From a virus (taxonomy: Duplodnaviria; Caudoviricetes), in IMG/VR virus record IMGVR_UViG_3300025277_000114, positions 1-28,336 of that record: 28,336 nucleotides of DNA. One strand, given 5' to 3'. This document shows positions 21,462-28,336 of the stretch, one piece after another; position 1 is the first letter of the stretch; every line of letters starts with the position of its first letter. The translations under genes were made by a program, and so were the position numbers. Under the pieces are notes generated by a model. That model ran no database searches. It saw only the letters and a program-made list of their open reading frames with translations, and was not told where the DNA came from.

Positions 21462-22117
21462 TGGAGACTACTGATACTATAGGCGATATACACTCATATA
21501 ATATAAATATTAAATCTCGTGAGATATATCTTCATAGTCATGTTGGTAACGAGGAAGAAGATCCGGGTATCGAATATAAGATGGCCTCCAAGTTTATTAA
21601 GAACATACGAACACTTGATAGTATCAACAGCAAGCCTATTCTTATACATATGTTTAGTGTGGGAGGTGAATGGGAAAGTGGAATGGCTATGTATGATGCT
21701 ATAATGATGTGTAAATCATTTGTTTCTACTGTTGTTTATGGGCAGGCTGAATCTATGAGTAGTATTATTTTACAGGCATCAGACAATCGTGTTATGACTT
21801 CTCATTCTTATTTTATGTCACATTATGGTAACGGCGGTTATGAAGGTAACTATCTTGATGTACAGGCGGCAAACAAGTACGATAAATATTGTTGTGATAT
21901 AATGTTAGACATATATTCAAATGTTTTTATTAAATCTAAGGTTTTTAAAGAGAATTATAAAGGTGGCACAATTGAGAAGGCTAGAAATTACATAATGAGG
22001 AAAATGAAAAACGGTGATTGGTATCTCAGTGCTCGTGGTGCTGTAGATCATGGTTTTGCAGATTCTACGTTGGATAATAAGTATGATTTGGATAGTGTAA
22101 AAAATGAAGGAAAGTAA
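21458..22117 (+). CDS. clpP: ClpP-like protease
   Basis: S.GG....MAMYD.I, G.AESMSSII (Ser), FMSH (His), DWYLSA..AV..GFAD. Confidence 0.82.
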   Translation: MMETTDTIGDIHSYNINIKSREIYLHSHVGNEEEDPGIEYKMASKFIKNIRTLDSINSKPILIHMFSVGGEWESGMAMYDAIMMCKSFVSTVVYGQAESMSSIILQASDNRVMTSHSYFMSHYGNGGYEGNYLDVQAANKYDKYCCDIMLDIYSNVFIKSKVFKENYKGGTIEKARNYIMRKMKNGDWYLSARGAVDHGFADSTLDNKYDLDSVKNEGK

Positions 22118-24083
22118 ATTAACTAACATCAACGATGCTTGGTTGGGGTTGGATATACCTGAAAGGGATATATTCAATCCTATGTCTATTATATCGCCAG
22201 ACGATGATGACTTTCATTTAAAGGTAACTTGGTTATTATCAAAACCAGAATACTTTTCCTTTATATGTTATCATATGTTTAATATTAAGATTCTACCGTC
22301 ACAAGCATTGATGTTGAATGAAATGTGGAATCGAAAATTCCCTATGTTAATTGCTTCACGAGGATTTGGCAAGTCTTTTATCTTATCTTTGTATGCAATT
22401 TTAAGATGTATATTATTACCAAATCGTAAGGTTGTTGTGGTCGGTGCTGCATTTAGACAGTCTAAAGTTCTCTTTGAGTATATGGAGACTATATGGTATA
22501 ATTCTCCAATCTTGCGGAGTATTTGTGATTCCAATAGCGGTCCCAGAAGAGAAACAGACCGATGCGTTATGCGTCTCAATGACAGTAGAGTAACTTGTTT
22601 ACCACTTGGTGATGGTCAGAAGATCCGTGGTCAAAGAGCAAACGATATCCTTGCTGACGAATTTGCATCGATTCCTCGTGATATCTTTGAAACGGTTGTG
22701 GCTGGTTTCGGTGTTGTTAAGGCTGAACCGATTGGTAATGTGCAACGGATAGCGGCAAGAAAAAAAGCTAAAGAGTTAGGTATTAAATTAGATAACGATG
22801 ATGAGCATTTAGACAGTAAGGATAATCAGATTGTACTTTCTGGAACCGCTTATTATGATTTTAATCATTTTGCGACTTATTGGAAAAAGTGGAAGGGTAT
22901 AATATCCAGTCGTGGCAATAAAGCCAAGATAAGAGAATTATTTGGTGGAGAAGATCCACCGAAAGAATTCGACTGGACTCAATATTCTATTATACGCATT
23001 CCATTCGAATTGCTTCCAGAGGGCTTCATGGATGCCGCTCACGTTGCTCGATCAAAAGCTACGGTACATGCGGGCATTTATATGATGGAGTATGGTGCGT
23101 GCTTTACTAGAGACTCTCACGGCTTCTTTAAGCGTACTCTTATAGAATCATGTGTCAGTTCTGATCTTGAGCCTATAAAGAATAGTGCTGGTCAGGATAT
23201 TATATTTGAAGCAAAGCTAATAGGTGACTCAGATAAGAAATATGTATTCGGTGTTGACCCGGCGAGCGAAGTTGACAATTTTAGTATCGTTGTTATCGAA
23301 CTAAATGGTGATCATCGTAGGATTGTTCATTGTTGGACCACAACTCGTGCAGACCACAAAGAAAAAGTCAAAAGGGGATTTGTTTCTGATAACGATTTCT
23401 ATTCTTATTGTGCAAGGAAAATACGCGATTTAATGAGATTGTTTCCGTGTGTGCATGTCGCTATGGATGCTCAAGGTGGCGGTATTGCAGTTATGGAATC
23501 TCTTCATGATAAAGATAAGATTAGAGATGGCGAGGTTGCAATTTGGCCGATAATAGATCCTGACAAAGAGAAGGATACTGACGGTGAACGTGGATTGCAT
23601 ATTCTTGAGATGTGTCAGTTTGCTAGGTACGAATGGTTGGAAGAAGCTAATCATGGTTTAAGGAAAGACTTCGAAGATAAAGTTGTGCTTTTCCCACGTT
23701 ACGATGCTATTAGTGTCGGATTGTCTAATGTAGAAGACGAGCTAAAAGGTAGACAGTATGACACTTTGGAAGAATGCGTTGTAGAAATAGAAGAGCTTAA
23801 AGATGAATTAGCTATGATCCAGATGACAGAAACTCAAGCTGGTCGTGCTAGATGGGATACGCCAGAAATTATTGTAGCTGCGGGAAAGAAAAGTAAAATT
23901 CGTAAGGACCGTTATTCTTCCTTAATTATGGCTAATATGGCAGCACGAAAGATAGATAGAACACCTGACGCTCCAGATTATGCATTCTACGGAGGCTTTG
24001 CTGCATTTACGGATGCCAAGCCTACAGGTGAGATGTTTACTGGTCCAAGTTGGTTCACAGAGGGTATGAAGGATGTATATTAG
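22104..24083 (+). CDS. terL: Terminase large subunit
   Basis: Walker A ASRGFGKS, IRGQRA, Walker B ILADEF, nuclease FGVDPA, C-terminal KDR.S; upstream of portal. Confidence 0.9.
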   Translation: MKESKLTNINDAWLGLDIPERDIFNPMSIISPDDDDFHLKVTWLLSKPEYFSFICYHMFNIKILPSQALMLNEMWNRKFPMLIASRGFGKSFILSLYAILRCILLPNRKVVVVGAAFRQSKVLFEYMETIWYNSPILRSICDSNSGPRRETDRCVMRLNDSRVTCLPLGDGQKIRGQRANDILADEFASIPRDIFETVVAGFGVVKAEPIGNVQRIAARKKAKELGIKLDNDDEHLDSKDNQIVLSGTAYYDFNHFATYWKKWKGIISSRGNKAKIRELFGGEDPPKEFDWTQYSIIRIPFELLPEGFMDAAHVARSKATVHAGIYMMEYGACFTRDSHGFFKRTLIESCVSSDLEPIKNSAGQDIIFEAKLIGDSDKKYVFGVDPASEVDNFSIVVIELNGDHRRIVHCWTTTRADHKEKVKRGFVSDNDFYSYCARKIRDLMRLFPCVHVAMDAQGGGIAVMESLHDKDKIRDGEVAIWPIIDPDKEKDTDGERGLHILEMCQFARYEWLEEANHGLRKDFEDKVVLFPRYDAISVGLSNVEDELKGRQYDTLEECVVEIEELKDELAMIQMTETQAGRARWDTPEIIVAAGKKSKIRKDRYSSLIMANMAARKIDRTPDAPDYAFYGGFAAFTDAKPTGEMFTGPSWFTEGMKDVY

Positions 24084-24165
24084 GTTTTTGTGTATAATAC
24101 TACAGACAATATAATTCCAATTTAATTGATTGAAAAACAATATTATTCATAGCTAAGGAATTCAA

Positions 24166-26160
24166 ATGAGCGATCAAGATAAAATACAATCTGTGGTAAC
24201 TTGGAATGAAAATGATAGTGCTAGTAAAGAAAATGCTATGGCGGAATTTTCAGAAGCAATGGATAGTTATCACGCTGTACCCAAAGGTAATCGTAGAAGT
24301 TTCCTTGAACAAACAAAAGGAGGCCATAGAAATTTTCTTGATATTGAAACAAATAAGTCTGTGCGTCCTGGATTTAATCATAGCGATTATTATGCCTTTA
24401 GGTCGCACGAGCAAGTACCAACGGAAAAGAAAAAAGCAATTAGTATGTGTATGCAGGCATACGATAAAGTTGGTATCATTAGAAATATCATTGACTTAAT
24501 GGGAGATTTTGGTAGCCAAGGCATTGATGTGGTTCACGAGAATCCTAGTATAGAGAAATTTTTCCAAGCTTGGTTTAAGAAGGTTGACGGTAAAGAAAGG
24601 TCTGAGCGATTCTTGAACAATTTGTACAGGACCGGTCAGGTATTTATCTACAAAAGCGATGCCAAAGTCACTCCTAAAATAGTTAAGCATATTAAGAGTA
24701 TGGCTAATGATATAACTGTGAGAGCCCCTAATACTAAAAAGGGTATATTACCTTGGAGGTATAATTTTCTCAACCCTATAGATATTGAAGTTAAGGACGG
24801 AGACATCAATATGATGATGGGAAGGACTTCTTATGAAATAGAGACACCGGCCTTTTTGGATAATTTCAGTAAAGATATGTCCTCGACGGTTACATATAAT
24901 ACTTTACCTCCAAACATAAAACAAGCTATAAAACGAAAAGATAAGAGAATACCATTAGATGACAATAAGCTATCGGTTTATTATTACAAGAAGGATGATT
25001 GGCAGCAATGGGCGAATCCTCTTGTGTATGCTATTCTTGACGACATTATCATGCTGGAAAAGATGCGATTGGCAGATCTCTCAGCGTTGGATGGTGCTAT
25101 ATCTAATATCAGACTTTGGACACTGGGAAACCTTGAACATAAGATTCTTCCAACTAAAGCTGGTGTTGACAAGCTTAAAAATGTTTTAGCGGCAGATACT
25201 GGTGGGGGCACTATGGAACTTATCTGGGGACCAGAGTTACAATACACAGAATCAAATAGTCAAGTGTATAAATTTCTTGGCTCTGAAAAGTATGTGTCTG
25301 TACTAAACTCTATTTATGCAGGTCTCGGAGTTCCTCCTACTCTTACAGGAATTGCTGGTCAGTCTGGTGGATTTACTAATAATTTCATTTCCCTAAAGAC
25401 ACTTGTTGAACGTCTACAGTATGGTAGAGATCAATTGATTAAGTTCTGGGAGAAGGAATTCGATATCGTTCGAAGGTCTATGGGTTTTAGAAAATCAGCT
25501 CATATCACTTTTGATCAGATGAGTCTAACAGACGAGGCATCAGAGAAAAAGCTACTGTTAGAACTTGCTGACAGAGATATCATTAGTCATGAGACTATTT
25601 TGGAGAGATTTAAGGAGATTCCTGCTGTCGAGAAAATGCGTCTCAAGCGGGAAGTCAAGGTCAGAGATCCAGAAAATCATCGTACTCCAGACAAAGTAGG
25701 GCCGTACCATCCACCCAAAGAAGATGAGATGGAAGATGACAAGAAGAATGGCCGTCCTCAATTTAAAAAGGACGAAATAAAAAGGAAGCCTCGTCGTGAC
25801 AAACCTAAAACTAAACCTGGAGTAGCTGATCTGTTTATCTGGGCTAATAATACTTTCGACAGAGTGTCCAACCTTATCAATTCTGCACACTTAGGCGTGA
25901 AGGGTAAAAAGGACGCAAGATATTTAACAAAATCAGACATTGTAGGATTAGAACCTATAAAACTACATACATTTACTAATATAGAGGTTATGTCGGAGGT
26001 TACTGATCAGTCTATAAATATAGCACTTGGTTCTGAACGAATCATTCCTAAAGACTTCGATAATATGCTGAAAACTAATGCTGTAAATATAAAGAGTATG
26101 AATTCAGATGAGCATAAAAAGGCAGTTATCGCTCTATACGTAGAGTATGTTTTGGGTTAA
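24166..26160 (+). CDS. Portal protein (probable)
   Basis: 664-aa ORF between terL and the protease; helical composition; AGLGVPP.L.G portal-like segment; assignment rests mainly on synteny. Confidence 0.75.
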   Translation: MSDQDKIQSVVTWNENDSASKENAMAEFSEAMDSYHAVPKGNRRSFLEQTKGGHRNFLDIETNKSVRPGFNHSDYYAFRSHEQVPTEKKKAISMCMQAYDKVGIIRNIIDLMGDFGSQGIDVVHENPSIEKFFQAWFKKVDGKERSERFLNNLYRTGQVFIYKSDAKVTPKIVKHIKSMANDITVRAPNTKKGILPWRYNFLNPIDIEVKDGDINMMMGRTSYEIETPAFLDNFSKDMSSTVTYNTLPPNIKQAIKRKDKRIPLDDNKLSVYYYKKDDWQQWANPLVYAILDDIIMLEKMRLADLSALDGAISNIRLWTLGNLEHKILPTKAGVDKLKNVLAADTGGGTMELIWGPELQYTESNSQVYKFLGSEKYVSVLNSIYAGLGVPPTLTGIAGQSGGFTNNFISLKTLVERLQYGRDQLIKFWEKEFDIVRRSMGFRKSAHITFDQMSLTDEASEKKLLLELADRDIISHETILERFKEIPAVEKMRLKREVKVRDPENHRTPDKVGPYHPPKEDEMEDDKKNGRPQFKKDEIKRKPRRDKPKTKPGVADLFIWANNTFDRVSNLINSAHLGVKGKKDARYLTKSDIVGLEPIKLHTFTNIEVMSEVTDQSINIALGSERIIPKDFDNMLKTNAVNIKSMNSDEHKKAVIALYVEYVLG

Positions 26161-26220
26161 AGGGAGGTATTTCTAAATAAAAACAGTTTTTCGTGTATAC
26201 TTTCTATAGAGGTAATAACT

Positions 26221-27651
26221 ATGAAAAAAATACAAATTTTCGATAGAGAAATAGAAGACGGAATTTCTGATTCAGTTAGTAGCCAAGCATCGATTGCATA
26301 CTGCAGTCCTGCTCTCCTTGTTGAAAAAGGAGATACAGATCTTTCTTTAGCTGCCATTATAGCTTCTTCAGATTCTGTGGACAAGAATACTGATCTCTAT
26401 TATCTTGAGTCAGTTCTGGTATCGACTAATTGGAATGGTAACGATGATGTCTTTATGGCTGATTCCACATGGGCAGCACGAGACACTCCAGTAGACAAAC
26501 AATTTAATTTTATGCACGATGAAAATGATATCATCGGACATATTATAAGTAGTCACGTCATTGACAGTGAAGGTACTACTATCTCTGCTGACATAATGGA
26601 GCCTCCAAGCAGTTTTGATATTATAACCAAAGCTGTGCTGTATAATAGCTGGACAGATACAGAAAACAAAATAAGGATGGACAATATCATTGCTGAGATT
26701 AAAGAAGGCAAATGGTTTGTTTCCATGGAATGTTCTTTCGCTGGTTTTGATTATTCTGTTATGGATGACATGGGTAACCAACATGTAGTAGCAAGAGACA
26801 GCGAATCAGCATTTCTTACTAAACATTTGAGAGCCTATGGAGGCACTGGAGAATACGAAGGGTACAAAATAGGGCGTGCCCTCCGTGATATTTCATTTTC
26901 AGGAAAGGGTCTGGTGTCAAATCCAGCTAACCCAAGAAGTATAATTTTAAATTCTAAAAGTATAGCTTTTAGTGTTGATGCACCTAGTTTTATAGGAGAC
27001 TTAAAAATGTCCGATTCCAAAGTATTGGAAGAACAAATTAGTGAAATCAAATCTGAACTTACTCAAGCTAATGAGACAATCGAAGGATTGAAAGCAGAGG
27101 CCGCTAAGGTTGAAGCATTATCTTCTGACATTGAAACTCTTGAAGCTTCCGTTAAGGAAAAAGAAGAGATTATCGCCAGTTTGGAAGAAAAAGTTAGCAC
27201 ATCTGAAACTCAAGTGAGTGAACTCACTGCCTCCCTTGAGGCATCTCAGACAGAATTGACTGCTAACAAAACTGAGCTTTACGAAGCTAAGAAACGCGAA
27301 AAGGACAATTTGCGTAAAGCCGCACTTGTCGAAGCTGGTATGGAATCCAGTGAAGCGGAAGCAAATCTTGCTTCATTTGAAGCATTAGATGACGAAGCTT
27401 TTGATGCTGTTATTAGTCTGTATGCTGCTAAAAGTTCTACTGTTGCTGAAGAAGTAACAACTGAAGAAGTCACAGATGAAGCACAGGCATCAGAAGAAGT
27501 CGAAGAAGCAATCGAAACGCCTCAAGAAGTATTTGAAGATGTTGTATCTGAAGATGCTACTTTAGTTGTTGCTGAAAAAGACGAAGCTGCAGAAGCTATG
27601 TCGGCTAGAGCAGAACTGTCCGACTGGATTTCAGGTGGACTCAACAAGTAA
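26221..27651 (+). CDS. Prohead protease with C-terminal acidic coiled-coil scaffold
   Basis: N.NDD.F, N..HD...IIGH, VSMEC and FSG.GLV.NPA motifs; C-terminal ~210 aa are E/A-rich coiled coil. Confidence 0.8.
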   Translation: MKKIQIFDREIEDGISDSVSSQASIAYCSPALLVEKGDTDLSLAAIIASSDSVDKNTDLYYLESVLVSTNWNGNDDVFMADSTWAARDTPVDKQFNFMHDENDIIGHIISSHVIDSEGTTISADIMEPPSSFDIITKAVLYNSWTDTENKIRMDNIIAEIKEGKWFVSMECSFAGFDYSVMDDMGNQHVVARDSESAFLTKHLRAYGGTGEYEGYKIGRALRDISFSGKGLVSNPANPRSIILNSKSIAFSVDAPSFIGDLKMSDSKVLEEQISEIKSELTQANETIEGLKAEAAKVEALSSDIETLEASVKEKEEIIASLEEKVSTSETQVSELTASLEASQTELTANKTELYEAKKREKDNLRKAALVEAGMESSEAEANLASFEALDDEAFDAVISLYAAKSSTVAEEVTTEEVTDEAQASEEVEEAIETPQEVFEDVVSEDATLVVAEKDEAAEAMSARAELSDWISGGLNK

Positions 27652-27688
27652 ATAAATAACCATTTTTCTTATATAGGAGAAATAAAAC

Positions 27689-28189
27689 ATGGCTCTTAAA
27701 GCAGATAGACACGTAGAAACTACTGATATTTCGTTTTTCTACAATGAAGGCACTGCTACTCGTGGTGGTGTAGCTTTGTATGACGGGAAACAACTTGCCT
27801 CTGGTGCATCAATGGACCAAGGTGGCAACCTCGTTAAGTATGCAACACCTGCTGCTACAGATGTTCCCGTTGGTATCCTTCTTAATGATGTTGTGAATAA
27901 AGATTTGACACGAACTCATCTGAACGAACACAAAGATGAAGTTCAAAAGGGTGGTAAAGTCACTATTATGACTCGTGGTACTGTTGTAACCAATATGGTT
28001 ACTGGTACTCCGACTCCTGGGGCTGTAGCTTATGCTAGCACAACTGGAACAATCGGCACATCCGCTGTCGAAGGTGTCGCTTCTGGTAACCTTGCTATTG
28101 GTCGTTGGATGAGTCGTAAAGATGCTGATGGCTATGCTAAGGTATCTGTTAATCTTCCTAATCATGGCTCCAACTGGGCTGCGACCTAA
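27689..28189 (+). CDS. Capsid decoration/cement-like protein
   Basis: Gly/Ala/Thr-rich beta protein (PVGILLNDV, G.VT....G.V.T) between scaffold and capsid gene; AGGAG RBS. Confidence 0.65.
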   Translation: MALKADRHVETTDISFFYNEGTATRGGVALYDGKQLASGASMDQGGNLVKYATPAATDVPVGILLNDVVNKDLTRTHLNEHKDEVQKGGKVTIMTRGTVVTNMVTGTPTPGAVAYASTTGTIGTSAVEGVASGNLAIGRWMSRKDADGYAKVSVNLPNHGSNWAAT

Positions 28190-28237
28190 GCTATTAGTTT
28201 AATCACAACATTACAAATTATAAAAGGAGATTTTAAT

Positions 28238-28336
28238 ATGTCTTATGATAGACCAAGCGAAGAAATTATTTCGCTTCTGAAAAGCACCGGTGATTCTGAC
28301 ATGAATATCGCTGTTGCTGCACAAAGAGAATTCGCT
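28238..28336 (+). CDS. Probable major capsid protein, N-terminus only (MSYDRPSEEIISLLKSTGDSDMNIAVAAQREFA...)
   Basis: AAAGGAG RBS; open to window end; identity from synteny only. Confidence 0.55.
   Translation, partial: MSYDRPSEEIISLLKSTGDSDMNIAVAAQREFA

Noticed and set aside
22104-26160. Intein or intron in terL or portal
   Set aside because: Both ORFs are continuous, with no C...HN-(C/S/T) splice motifs or LAGLIDADG blocks seen.
16586-28165. Antisense or nested short ORFs in the late region (e.g. 16956..17222, 19897..20232, 22271..22579, 25558..25890, 26410..26784, 27809..28165)
   Set aside because: They are shadows of well-supported + strand genes, with no RBS or motifs.
16392-28336. 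Stop-codon recoding (alternative genetic code)
   Set aside because: Long genes are intact and densely packed in the standard code; TAA, TAG and TGA all act as stops, and the tRNA is not a suppressor.

Overview
This window is part of a large tailed dsDNA phage genome (Caudoviricetes-like) with two divergent halves that switch strand at about 16.0-16.35 kb. The right half (+ strand, visibly more AT-rich) is a compact late/morphogenesis region. It encodes a sigma-factor-like protein, a possible small terminase, a sulfotransferase, GDP-mannose 4,6-dehydratase, HNH and ERCC4 nucleases, a ClpP-like protease, large terminase, portal, a prohead protease-scaffold fusion, a capsid decoration protein and the start of a probable major capsid gene. 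The left half (- strand) holds about 45 small, mostly unknown early-type ORFs plus a rare tRNA-Ile(UAU) on the + strand. Its most striking feature is an array of ten 76-bp elements at 2796-14550. Each has the same geometry: a 25-bp quasi-palindrome (TAAGTCSTT-N7-AAGGGTTTA), a 26-bp GC-rich linker and a second 25-bp quasi-palindrome. These elements cut the early region into 0.7-1.8 kb cassette-like modules. Most sit 32, 42 or about 52 bp upstream of a sigma70-like -35 box, and three supply the stop codon of the preceding gene. Other unexplained structure includes a covarying double-hairpin repeat family, Fur-box-like 9-1-9 palindromes, a promoter-to-terminator ORF-free unit that may be a structured RNA, paralogous cassette genes and many tiny hydrophobic peptides. 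No integrase or recombinase is visible in the window. All product calls come from motif recognition by eye, not database searches. A Planctomycetota-like host is only a guess.
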